Source: a virus. Taken from it: DNA of 49,061 nt. The notes below the pieces were generated by a model. It did no database searches. It was not told the origin of the DNA and saw only the letters and a list, made by a program, of their open reading frames with translations. The translations under genes were made by a program, and so were the position numbers. Positions 8,149 to 16,375 of this stretch are shown piece by piece (within the stretch, counting starts at the first letter, position 1; each line of letters starts with the position of its first letter). The DNA is taken from IMG/VR virus record IMGVR_UViG_3300025540_000001; one strand, written 5' to 3'.

Positions 8149-9096
8149 ATGGCAATGAATCAAAACGCTATTTCCACAAAAGAAATGAGCCGTCATGAAT
8201 GGCTTCAGGCTCGCACCAAGGGGATTGGCGGTAGTGATGCCGGCATTATCCTGGGCCTGAATAAATACAAGACGCCTTTCGAACTCTGGCTTGAAAAGAC
8301 TGGCCAGGTCGATCCCCAAGAAGGCGACAGTGAAGCGATCTATTGGGGAAACCAAATGGAAAATGTCGTGGCAAAAGAGTTTGAAAAGCGAACGGATAAA
8401 AAGGTACGCCGGTCAAACTTTATGTACAGCCATCCAGATTATCCTTTTATCCGTGCCAATGTCGATAGGTTGGTAGTTGGAGAATCGGCCGTACTTGAAT
8501 GCAAGACGGCCAGCGCTTACCTTGCAAAAGAGTGGGCAGGTGACGAGGTTCCAGCCTCTTACCTTGTCCAAGTCCAGCACTATCTGGGCGTTACCGGCAA
8601 GGAAAAAGGATATATTGCCGTGCTGATCGGAGGGAATCGGTTCGTATGGAAAGAAATCGAACGCGACGATGAACTGATCAGCATGATTTTCCAAGCTGAA
8701 AAGGATTTTTGGGAAAACAATGTGCTGGCCGGAGTTGCCCCTGAACTGGACGGAAGCAGCGCGGCTGAGAAGTATCTGGCCGAAAAATATGCCAAATCGG
8801 ATCCTGATAAAGAGATCGTTCTTCCAAAAGATTTCAATGCCTATTTGGAAGAATACTTCAAAATCAAGGAAAACGAGAAGCTGATTAAAGCTGCGAAAAC
8901 TGAGATTGAAAACAAACTTAAAGCTGAGCTGAAAGAAGCGGAGATTGGCCGGGTTGGCGACTATATCGTCACTTGGAAGAAGCAGGTACAGAAACGCGTT
9001 GATTCCAAAGCATTACGGGAAAAGTTCCCCGATATTCACCAGCAAGTTATTAAAGAAACATCATTCCGCAAACTTGCGGTTAAGGAGGAAAAATAA
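8149..9096 (+). CDS. YqaJ-type viral recombinase exonuclease (lambda Exo-like, PD-(D/E)XK)
   Basis: 315 aa. N-terminal RHEWLQARTKGIGGSDAGIILGLNKYKTPFELW is the YqaJ signature. Paired with RecT directly downstream. Confidence 0.9.
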   Translation: MAMNQNAISTKEMSRHEWLQARTKGIGGSDAGIILGLNKYKTPFELWLEKTGQVDPQEGDSEAIYWGNQMENVVAKEFEKRTDKKVRRSNFMYSHPDYPFIRANVDRLVVGESAVLECKTASAYLAKEWAGDEVPASYLVQVQHYLGVTGKEKGYIAVLIGGNRFVWKEIERDDELISMIFQAEKDFWENNVLAGVAPELDGSSAAEKYLAEKYAKSDPDKEIVLPKDFNAYLEEYFKIKENEKLIKAAKTEIENKLKAELKEAEIGRVGDYIVTWKKQVQKRVDSKALREKFPDIHQQVIKETSFRKLAVKEEK

Positions 9097-9992
9097 TGGC
9101 AACAAATGCAGCGCTAAAAAACCAAATTGCAAGTAAACAGGAAGGAACCAAACAAGTATCTGCTCAATCGTTGGGGTTAAAAGCTTTGCTCAATACCCCA
9201 ACGATGCAAAAAAAGTTTGAACAAGTTTTGGACAAGAAGGCACCACAATTTATGTCTTCTTTGCTCAACCTTTACAACGGTGATCCGAACATTCAGGCCG
9301 CCGAGCCAATGAGCATTATTTCAAGCGCCATGGTCGCAGCAAGCCTTGATCTTCCAGTTGACAAAAACCTAGGTTATGCCTGGATCGTGCCATTTTATGA
9401 CAGTAAGAAAGGCCATAAGGTAGCACAGTTCCAGCTTGGTTATAAGGGGTACATTCAACTGGCATTACGGACTGGCCAATATAAAGCGATCAACGTCATC
9501 GCTGTTCATGAAGGTGAGCTCATTAAGTGGAACCGGCTGACCGAAGAAATCGAACTGGATTTAGAAGGTGCCACAAGCGAGAAGGTAATCGGATACTGCG
9601 GATATTTCAAGCTGATCAATGGCTTTGAAAAGACGGTCTACTGGACCAAGGATGAGATCGAAGCGCACAGGGTTAAGCATAACAAGATGAAGGACAAGAA
9701 TGCTCTCAATAATGTATGGAAAAGCGATTATGACGCTATGGCCATGAAAACGGTCATCCGCAACATGCTCAGTAAGTGGGGAATTTTGAGCATTGAAATG
9801 CAGACGGCCGTTACCGAAGATGAACGGGAAACACATGATATCACGGATGAAACGAATGCGGAAGAACCTGAAATCATTGATTACCATCCAGAACCGGAGA
9901 CCGAGAAAGAAGAAGCGTCGCAACAGGAGCAGGCAAAAGTTGAAGATAAGAAATCGGCTGTTGAAATGGATGAAAATGACCTTCCATTCTAA
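9096..9992 (+). CDS. recT: RecT-family single-strand annealing protein
   Basis: 298 aa. QFQLGYKGYIQLALRTGQYKAINVIAVHEGE. Its start overlaps the stop of the exonuclease gene. Acidic C-terminal tail. Confidence 0.9.
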   Translation: MATNAALKNQIASKQEGTKQVSAQSLGLKALLNTPTMQKKFEQVLDKKAPQFMSSLLNLYNGDPNIQAAEPMSIISSAMVAASLDLPVDKNLGYAWIVPFYDSKKGHKVAQFQLGYKGYIQLALRTGQYKAINVIAVHEGELIKWNRLTEEIELDLEGATSEKVIGYCGYFKLINGFEKTVYWTKDEIEAHRVKHNKMKDKNALNNVWKSDYDAMAMKTVIRNMLSKWGILSIEMQTAVTEDERETHDITDETNAEEPEIIDYHPEPETEKEEASQQEQAKVEDKKSAVEMDENDLPF

Positions 9993-10048
9993 AAAAATCC
10001 CCCTCACCTCGAGGGGGAAACAACACAGGAAATTGAGGTGGTGAAAGC

Positions 10049-10864
10049 ATGGCCAATATATACAGAGTACAAAAGAACGGCAACTACGTCGTAATGAATA
10101 AAACATCGCTTATGGATGAAAGGCTGAGCTGGAAAGCGAAAGGGCTGCATGCCTATATGCTTTCTTTACCCGACGATTGGAGGTTTTATGACACAGAGTT
10201 GCAAAAACATGCTAAGGACGGACGCGACTCACTTCGGACTGCGCTTAAAGAACTGCGAGATCTGGGTTATTTAAAGCGGGTGCAGCACCGTAATGAGGAC
10301 GGGACATTCAACTATGAAACACTTGTTTTTGAAGTCCCTCAAATGGATCCACCGTTACCGGGAAAACCGTTGACGGAAAATCCGCTTACGGAAAAACCGT
10401 TGACGGATTATCCGTTGACGGAAAACCCGAAACTACTAAGTAATAATGAACTAAGTATTGATGAACTAAATAATAATGGACTAAGTAATAAAGCAGCTGC
10501 TGTAAATAAGCTTCTCAATCGATTTATAGAGTTAAGGAATCACGGATTTGTGGCTACCCCTAAGGATAAAGCAGCAGCAGCTGAGATCATCCAATACGGT
10601 GTCAATGTCGATGATGCAATCAAATGGATGGAAGAGAAATTTACGTCTTACCAGCCTAAACATCCAAAAGACTACATCAAGACGCTTGACTATTGCGCCG
10701 GATATATATTTGACCGGTTTATCGAGAAGCAGAAAGCAGAGAGAGGTGAAGACAATGGAACAAAGATTCCAAAGTATCGCGGAGGTTATGGCCGACCTGC
10801 TGGAAAAAGCGCAGAACAGGCAATCCGAGAAGCCCAAGAAGCAAGACGAGCATGGGGCGGATGA
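10049..10864 (+). CDS. Phage replication organizer / initiator (DnaD-like, wHTH N-terminal domain)
   Basis: 271 aa. N-terminal YVVMNKTSLMDERLSWKAKGLHAYMLSLPDDW, then the PLTENP repeat linker PLPGKPLTENPLTEKPLTDYPLTENP. Followed by a DnaC-like loader. Confidence 0.75.
   Translation: MANIYRVQKNGNYVVMNKTSLMDERLSWKAKGLHAYMLSLPDDWRFYDTELQKHAKDGRDSLRTALKELRDLGYLKRVQHRNEDGTFNYETLVFEVPQMDPPLPGKPLTENPLTEKPLTDYPLTENPKLLSNNELSIDELNNNGLSNKAAAVNKLLNRFIELRNHGFVATPKDKAAAAEIIQYGVNVDDAIKWMEEKFTSYQPKHPKDYIKTLDYCAGYIFDRFIEKQKAERGEDNGTKIPKYRGGYGRPAGKSAEQAIREAQEARRAWGG
10352..10425 (+). repeat. Five about-15-bp direct repeats (CCGTTGACGGAAAA-type) inside the replication gene; candidate origin iterons
   Basis: Units are ccgttaccgggaaaa, ccgttgacggaaaa, tccgcttacggaaaaa, ccgttgacggatta and tccgttgacggaaaa, read directly at 10352-10425. 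Confidence 0.55.
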
Positions 10865-11654
10865 ATACGAATGCCCGATTTGTAAGGATACCGAGTTTGT
10901 CTTTTACCGAAATGAACAAGGATATGAATTCGCCAAACCTTGCGAATGTCGGGAAAGAAAAGCATGGCGGCGGCGGTTCCGGAACTCCATGATCCCTGAT
11001 GAGTTTACAAACGCCAATTTTGAAAACTATCAGCGTACGAGCCAAATCCAAGAAGACATGTATGACCTTACAAAAAGGTATTTGCAAGAATACAAGATGA
11101 CGACCAATGAAAATGGCGAAAAGGAAAAAACGGTTTCTTCCCATAATTTTGGGTTGATTGCAGTTTTTGGCGAACAGCGCATGAAAGAATTGCCATCGGT
11201 AGAGCGGGCCACCGTGAAACAGCAACATAACAATTTTGGGATTGGAAAGACTCATTTACAGATTGCACTTGCAAAACGCCTAATTAAAGACGGATTCAAT
11301 GTTCTGGTGGTATCAGATGTTAATTTCATGGATGAGCTGATTCAGGCCAGGATGATGAACGACGAGGGAGAACAGCTTAATCGTCTGCTTAATGCGGCCA
11401 CAAATGCAGATGTGCTGATTTGGGACGACATCGGCAAAGTGAAATGGTCGGAAGCGAAGGAATCTCTTTACTACCAGATTATTAACGAGCGATACCGGAA
11501 GCAAAAGCCAATTGTATTTAACTCGAATGAGGACCGCGGAACCCTCGCAGAAAAGATAGGATATGCGGCCGCAAGCCGGTTGATCGGTCAATGCGGGAAT
11601 TACCTGCTTGAAGCTGAGGGAACGGACTGGCGCCTCAAGAAAGGAGCAAGCTGA
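10755..11654 (+). CDS. DnaC/IstB-like AAA+ helicase loader with an N-terminal zinc ribbon
   Basis: ATG at 10755 with RBS GAGAGGTGA. The track ORF is extended upstream to 10548 across the previous gene. Motifs: CPICKD...CECRE, P-loop-like NNFGIGKTHL, Walker B DVLIWDDIG. Confidence 0.8.
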   Translation: MEQRFQSIAEVMADLLEKAQNRQSEKPKKQDEHGADEYECPICKDTEFVFYRNEQGYEFAKPCECRERKAWRRRFRNSMIPDEFTNANFENYQRTSQIQEDMYDLTKRYLQEYKMTTNENGEKEKTVSSHNFGLIAVFGEQRMKELPSVERATVKQQHNNFGIGKTHLQIALAKRLIKDGFNVLVVSDVNFMDELIQARMMNDEGEQLNRLLNAATNADVLIWDDIGKVKWSEAKESLYYQIINERYRKQKPIVFNSNEDRGTLAEKIGYAAASRLIGQCGNYLLEAEGTDWRLKKGAS

Positions 11655-11830
11655 TGTGTGAACTATGTAATGGTCGGCACGTTGTCTACGAGAATATGGG
11701 GTTTGGAATCATGGTAAAACCATGTCCGGCGTGCGGGCCGAAGCCGGAAGAGCAAATTAAGAAAGAGGAAATGATTTTGCAGCGACGTTTGGAAGAAGCA
11801 CGGGACCAACTCAAGATGGAAAGGGTGTAA
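11654..11830 (+). CDS. 58-aa zinc-ribbon protein (not in the track, below 60 aa)
   Basis: ATG overlaps the upstream stop (ATGA-type junction). Reads MCELCNGRHVVYENMGFGIMVKPCPACGPKPEEQ..., with CxxC and CxxC pairs. Confidence 0.55.
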   Translation: MCELCNGRHVVYENMGFGIMVKPCPACGPKPEEQIKKEEMILQRRLEEARDQLKMERV

Positions 11831-11834
11831 AAAA

Positions 11835-11993
11835 ATGAACAACGCCACAATGACCGAGTTAAAGCGGAGCCATCTACTCCGCCAACTCGAAAATAAAGGT
11901 GTAACTCAATTCAATAATCAATCAATCTACGACTTATCTTATCACGATCTCGTGTACGCTTTGACCCTCCAAAAAGCACAAACGGGGGATTGA
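11835..11993 (+). CDS. 52-aa hypothetical protein (not in the track)
   Basis: ATG at 11835, 4 nt after the previous stop. Ends 1 nt before the next start. Fills the operon gap. Confidence 0.45.
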   Translation: MNNATMTELKRSHLLRQLENKGVTQFNNQSIYDLSYHDLVYALTLQKAQTGD

Positions 11994-11994
11994 T

Positions 11995-12192
11995 ATGGCA
12001 AGAAATCCAGTTATTCAGCAGGCTTATGAGCGTGGCAAGCGTGAGGGGATCGAGATCGGCATGCAAATGGGGATCAGCAAGGCGATTGGATTTATGAAAT
12101 CCGGCCTCTCCCGGGTAGAGAAAACGCCCGGGATCGGTCCCAAGACAATAGAGAAATTCAAACAGGCTTTTGGAAAGGAGTATTTTAAGTGA
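11995..12192 (+). CDS. Small protein with a helix-hairpin-helix-like GIGPKT motif
   Basis: 65 aa. RBS GGGGGA upstream. Confidence 0.55.
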   Translation: MARNPVIQQAYERGKREGIEIGMQMGISKAIGFMKSGLSRVEKTPGIGPKTIEKFKQAFGKEYFK

Positions 12193-12626
12193 CACGAATG
12201 GAAAAGCACATCATCCATCAGCGAATTGGCAGATTGCTAGACATGCGCTGCCGAAACTGTCCAAACAATAATTTAGATCATGCGGTGGTTTGTACTGGGT
12301 GCAATATTTATGACCAGCTTCGGATGCTCGGTAATCAGCTTGACCATACAGCAAATAGGCAGAATACAGCCAGAAGGAAGGTGTATGACTTTAAAGGCTT
12401 GAGCATCCCAATTTATGTTTACCACCGGAATAAGGGGCTGCATGACGATGAAATTGCCCCATTAGTAGGACTGTCAGTTTGGATGTTGAAGCAATGGAAA
12501 AGACAGAATCGGCTTGAACTGGACAAACTGATTGAGCAAGGCGTGATCCCGAAATATAACAGAAGAATCAAAAAGGATGAAGCAAATGGAACGAATGACA
12601 GCGGCAGAGTATCGCAAGCGAACTAA
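12189..12626 (+). CDS. Hypothetical Cys-cluster protein
   Basis: 145 aa. RCRNCPNNNLDHAVVCTGCN. Start is GTG 12189 or ATG 12198. Confidence 0.6.
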   Translation: MTRMEKHIIHQRIGRLLDMRCRNCPNNNLDHAVVCTGCNIYDQLRMLGNQLDHTANRQNTARRKVYDFKGLSIPIYVYHRNKGLHDDEIAPLVGLSVWMLKQWKRQNRLELDKLIEQGVIPKYNRRIKKDEANGTNDSGRVSQAN

Positions 12627-13038
12627 GAAAACTAAATATGGCTCCAAGAAAGTTAAATTGGACGGATATGTTTTTGACAGCAAGATCGAAGCCAAATATT
12701 ATGAACAACTAAAATGGTTGCAAGCAAACAATAAAATCTTATTTTTTCGGTTACAGCCACGCTATCTTTTGCAGGAAGCTTTCGAGAAAAACGGAAAAAA
12801 ATACCGCAAGATTGAGTACATCGCAGATTTCGAGATTCACCATTTGGATGGATCCATCGAGGTTGTGGATGTCAAAGGCGTACAGACAGAAGCGTTTAAG
12901 ATTAAGAAAAAGCTATTCGAGCATAAATACCCCCACAAACTATCTTTAGTTACATACAGCAAGAAATGGGGCGGATGGATTGAACTTGAGGAACTGGAGA
13001 AGAAACGGAAGGTGGCGAAGAAGTTAAACGGCCGATAA
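12577..13038 (+). CDS. DUF1064-like protein (YqaN-type, putative PD-(D/E)XK resolvase-like)
   Basis: 153 aa. YGSKKVKLDGYVFDSKIEAKYYEQL...YIADFEIHHLDGSIEVVDVKG. The start may be one of the downstream ATGs at 12586 or 12595. Confidence 0.6.
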   Translation: MKQMERMTAAEYRKRTKKTKYGSKKVKLDGYVFDSKIEAKYYEQLKWLQANNKILFFRLQPRYLLQEAFEKNGKKYRKIEYIADFEIHHLDGSIEVVDVKGVQTEAFKIKKKLFEHKYPHKLSLVTYSKKWGGWIELEELEKKRKVAKKLNGR

Positions 13039-13151
13039 GAAACCATGCTGATTGGCTTATTTTTGACCATATACCCGATTTAAATCAAAACATGACTATT
13101 TATATACAAAAATATTAAAGCGGCTTAGAAGCCAAAATAAACAGTTTAGGA

Positions 13152-13340
13152 GTGGCATGGATGGCAGCAACATACGTACATGATCCTGAGGACAGATACA
13201 ATCTCCGAACCAGCACCGGATGGAGAGCCAAACGCCCAGGCAAGGTTACAATCTGGTATCTAACTCCGGAGCAGCTGGAGCGGGTAAGACGCGGTGAACG
13301 CACAACGGATGTGATTGGCAGTGACAAGAAGGGTCGTTGA
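13152..13340 (+). CDS. Hypothetical small protein
   Basis: 62 aa. RBS TAGGAGTGG. Confidence 0.5.
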   Translation: MAWMAATYVHDPEDRYNLRTSTGWRAKRPGKVTIWYLTPEQLERVRRGERTTDVIGSDKKGR

Positions 13341-13491
13341 ACATCGGGCCATATCTCATGACCGGGAAGAATTGGTAGTTATAACAGTCTATGAGGAAGG
13401 GTTGAACAAAGAACGGATACGGAAGGAAAGTATCTTTAGCAAGAAACATGCCGTGCTGGTGAAACGTGACGGCAAATACGACTGGAAGTGA
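13321..13491 (+). CDS. Possible 56-aa ORF not in the track
   Basis: An open plus-strand frame from GTG 13321 (or TTG 13315) to TGA 13489-13491 fills the gap before the HNH gene. Weak RBS. Confidence 0.3.
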   Translation: MTRRVVEHRAISHDREELVVITVYEEGLNKERIRKESIFSKKHAVLVKRDGKYDWK

Positions 13492-13500
13492 GGCAGAAAA

Positions 13501-13956
13501 ATGAGAGAGATTAAGTTTTTCGGAACATTCCAAAAAGAGGGAGTATCAAGAAGTTATCAATATTCTATTTTCGAATGCCCTGTTTGTGGAAAACATGTTG
13601 AAAAGATTAGAAAAGATGGATTAAAAGCAAAAACTTGTAGTCGAGAGTGTTATGGAAAATATCGTACCGGCAAACACTACGGTGCTTATAGAGATAAGGT
13701 TTTAATTAGTGGTTATTACTACATTTATAAGCCGGATCATCCCAAAGCAATTAAAAAAGGTTATGTTGCTGAACACAGATTAGTTGCAGAAGAAAAGATA
13801 GGTCGATATTTAAAAGAAAACGAGGTAGTGCATCACATAAATGAAAATAAACTTGATAATCGACCGGAAAATTTAGAAGTTATGACCGCGAGTGAACATA
13901 TTAAACTTCATGCAAATAAAAGATGGAGGGGTCGAGATGGGAAATTTGCGATTTAA
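13501..13956 (+). CDS. HNH homing endonuclease
   Basis: 151 aa. N-terminal CPVCGK...CSRECY zinc ribbon. HNH core YVAEHRLVAEEKIG...VVHHINENKLDNRPENLEVMTASEHIKLH. Confidence 0.85.
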   Translation: MREIKFFGTFQKEGVSRSYQYSIFECPVCGKHVEKIRKDGLKAKTCSRECYGKYRTGKHYGAYRDKVLISGYYYIYKPDHPKAIKKGYVAEHRLVAEEKIGRYLKENEVVHHINENKLDNRPENLEVMTASEHIKLHANKRWRGRDGKFAI

Positions 13957-14308
13957 GTTTCGGGCATGGGATGAGGAATTAGAAAGAATGTTTTATAGCA
14001 CTACTGAACAATTCGATGATTCTTTGTCATTTCGATTTAAACATTTTGAGACTGATGATCCGGTCTATATGCAATATACAGGCCTGCGTGACAAGAACGG
14101 CCGGGAGATTTATGAAGGAGATATCGTTAAGGCTGTAAGTCAAGGTTCACATGCAGTATGCACCGTCAAATGGGGACAAGGGATAGTAGGATTCTTTCTC
14201 CACGCTCCAGGAATATGTTGGAACTTGTCAGGTGGTGGCAAAGATTACGATCAAGAAACAGTAGAAGTTATCGGAAACATATACGAAAATCCGGAGCTAG
14301 TGAAATAA
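13937..14308 (+). CDS. YopX-family protein
   Basis: ATG at 13937 with RBS GGAGGGG. FRAWDEELERMFY...YTGLRDKNGREIYEGDIV...VIGNIYENPEL is the YopX pattern. Confidence 0.8.
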   Translation: MGNLRFKFRAWDEELERMFYSTTEQFDDSLSFRFKHFETDDPVYMQYTGLRDKNGREIYEGDIVKAVSQGSHAVCTVKWGQGIVGFFLHAPGICWNLSGGGKDYDQETVEVIGNIYENPELVK

Positions 14309-14365
14309 AAAAACCGGGTTCCCCCGGCTTGGTAAAGGTTGGTTACCTATATTTTACCATAGGGG

Positions 14366-14569
14366 GTGAACCCATTGGAAGCTAATAAAAAAATTATGAC
14401 AACTGAAATAGATTTAATGGAGACGGCTGTATATATCGTCCAGGATGGGCAGGTGACCAAAGTGACCCCAAAGCCGTATGGTCAGGATATCTTGATATGG
14501 CAGAACGGCAAGGTCTTTGATATAGAACGGATCGATCGGAAGAGGCTGATTGGGCAGGATGTCATATAG
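14366..14569 (+). CDS. Hypothetical small protein (start uncertain)
   Basis: Track ORF. Alternative starts at TTG 14375 or ATG 14396. Confidence 0.5.
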   Translation: MNPLEANKKIMTTEIDLMETAVYIVQDGQVTKVTPKPYGQDILIWQNGKVFDIERIDRKRLIGQDVI

Positions 14570-14584
14570 ATAGGGGTGAAACAC

Positions 14585-14758
14585 GTGAAACCAAAAACAC
14601 GACAAAAGGGCGATAAGTATCGGCCCGTCGTTACGGTGCTTAAAGTAAAGCGAGGTCTGCCCACAAAAATTATGGTAAGCGGACAAGAGTACGCGCTTAT
14701 CCACAAAAACCAGTATAGGGGAGTGAGAAAATGCGGGCTGAACGCTGCTACACATTGA
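14585..14758 (+). CDS. Hypothetical basic small protein
   Basis: GTG at 14585 lies 8-9 nt after AGGGGTG. Confidence 0.5.
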   Translation: MKPKTRQKGDKYRPVVTVLKVKRGLPTKIMVSGQEYALIHKNQYRGVRKCGLNAATH

Positions 14759-15195
14759 ATGAAGAAACAGAAATCCGGGTAGGGAATTGCTTCTTTACCC
14801 GAGATGATTTGATTTTGATGTATATCGACAGCGGCATGGATGTTTTAAGTTTAGCAAAATCATTGCGTATCGGGCGGCCGAGGATGGAGCGGATATTGGA
14901 CAAATTCGACATACCAAGAAACTGGCATGCAGAATTGACACCGCGGCATCTGCGAGTGTTGCGCTATATCAAATATTTTCAGACGCGTCACAAGCGCAGC
15001 CCAACAAACTTGGAAATCTCAAAAGCATTGAGGCTATCACCTGGTTGCACGAACTACCATCTCAAAAAATTAAAAGCACACGGGTATGTAAACTGGCCAA
15101 GGTACAGCAGTGGCACATTCAAGTTAACTGAAAAAGGGGAAAGGTGGTGCCGGAATGCCCACACATTTAATCTATTCGGCTTGGAAGAAGACTAG
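14731..15195 (+). CDS. LexA-N-terminal-like winged-helix DNA-binding protein
   Basis: 154 aa. LTPRHLRVLRYIKYFQTRHKRSPTNLEISKALRLSPGCTNYHLKKLKAHGYV resembles the LexA DNA-binding domain. RBS GGGGAGTGAG. Overlaps the next gene by 41 nt. Confidence 0.6.
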   Translation: MRAERCYTLNEETEIRVGNCFFTRDDLILMYIDSGMDVLSLAKSLRIGRPRMERILDKFDIPRNWHAELTPRHLRVLRYIKYFQTRHKRSPTNLEISKALRLSPGCTNYHLKKLKAHGYVNWPRYSSGTFKLTEKGERWCRNAHTFNLFGLEED

Positions 15196-16078
15196 GGATG
15201 AAAATGGGGTGATTAAGCAGAACACGAAAGACGGTAAAGGAAATGTAATCATCCGGGACATTAAATTTGTGGATCCGATTAAGGAAAAAGATATGGAAGA
15301 ACACGCCGGCCAACGCTTTCTATGTGGAGAGCCAATGACACAAGGAATGAAACTTAAGAAGGTATTTTCCAACGTGTTCACTGACTGGAACATTGCTAAG
15401 AATCCGGCCGGAACCCATGTATGTCCGGCATGCTGTTTCTCAATTTTGACCACGAAAGAACGATACGGATTGCGGACATTTTCAAATGTGGCGAATGAAG
15501 AAAGGCTTTGGCTGCCAAACCGGGTAGAGATGCGAGAATTTCTATTGCAGCCGCCTGATCCTCCATTTGTTATAAATTTGGCTGTTTCCCAGAAAAAGCA
15601 CATCGCTTTTAAGGGGGAAGTGAATTATTCCCGCGACATATTTACCGTCATGTACGAAGAAATGCCGGTGCTGATCGTTAGAAAAGAGTTTGAAAGTTTA
15701 CTTGCGTTGGTTGAACATTTTCTCTATGGATTTACGAAAACGGAGATAACAACCGGAGAATACAGTCAAAAACGGATTTTGGACTTTGGTATTGATGCTT
15801 GGGAAGCCTTTGAGGAACGGGTTAAGACGTACCGGGGCAACCCTATACTTGATGTCGTCATGTTTATTGCACAGAAAATTGAAAATGAGGAGGACTTGAA
15901 ATGTTTTATGGTTTCAGAACTAGGGATGAAAGTGCAGGAGCTGCCGCCTTACTTGTCTACGCCGTCTACCGCAGCCGAAACCGAAAAAGAGGGCCAAGTG
16001 GCATCGACATGTGGGGACAAATCGAACGGTTCACGAAAGTCAGCGCAAAGCGAGCAATTAGCGTTGGATCTTTTTTAG
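15155..16078 (+). CDS. Candidate Cascade large subunit (Csf1/Cas8-like by position) with a Cys cluster and a C-terminal QLxLxL tail
   Basis: 307 aa. First gene of the RAMP operon. Cys cluster FLCGEP...THVCPACC. A disordered S/T/E-rich tail ends in EQLALDLF-stop. No family motif that I can name with certainty. Confidence 0.4.
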   Translation: MPTHLIYSAWKKTRDENGVIKQNTKDGKGNVIIRDIKFVDPIKEKDMEEHAGQRFLCGEPMTQGMKLKKVFSNVFTDWNIAKNPAGTHVCPACCFSILTTKERYGLRTFSNVANEERLWLPNRVEMREFLLQPPDPPFVINLAVSQKKHIAFKGEVNYSRDIFTVMYEEMPVLIVRKEFESLLALVEHFLYGFTKTEITTGEYSQKRILDFGIDAWEAFEERVKTYRGNPILDVVMFIAQKIENEEDLKCFMVSELGMKVQELPPYLSTPSTAAETEKEGQVASTCGDKSNGSRKSAQSEQLALDLF

Positions 16079-16095
16079 AAGCCTTTAAACGGAAA

Positions 16096-16374
16096 ATGGC
16101 ATGCGAAACGATCAATCCTAAATGGTGTGATAGTGGCAGCAAGGTAATGACGGCCATACAAGATGAATTAGGGAACATTGTCATGACTGGGAATGAGCCT
16201 GACGGCGGGAACAGACAGTTTTTAACCGAGATTATGGAAAGCGGAAAAGACCAGGCCATCCTATATGAACTATACAAAGAAACCGCGCGGGTGATTATGT
16301 TAGTCCGGGACCGTCTAGAGAGAGAAAAACCGATTGAACACAAATTAGAAACCATTATTGAGGAGGAAAATTGA
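16096..16374 (+). CDS. Small subunit-like protein (Cas11-like by size and position only)
   Basis: About 92 aa from ATG 16096 (alternative ATG 16147). The track ORF 15901-16374 overlaps the upstream gene. Lies between the large subunit-like and Cas7-like genes. Confidence 0.35.
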   Translation: MACETINPKWCDSGSKVMTAIQDELGNIVMTGNEPDGGNRQFLTEIMESGKDQAILYELYKETARVIMLVRDRLEREKPIEHKLETIIEEEN

Positions 16375-16375
16375 A

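Noticed and set aside
10352-10425. 15-bp repeats considered as CRISPR-like
   Set aside because: They are contiguous, degenerate and spacer-free, and lie inside the replication gene. They are better explained as iterons and a PLTENP linker.
10548-10754. N-terminal 69-aa extension of the DnaC-like ORF given in the track
   Set aside because: The extension lies wholly inside the replication organizer gene in another frame. A good RBS plus ATG is present at 10755.
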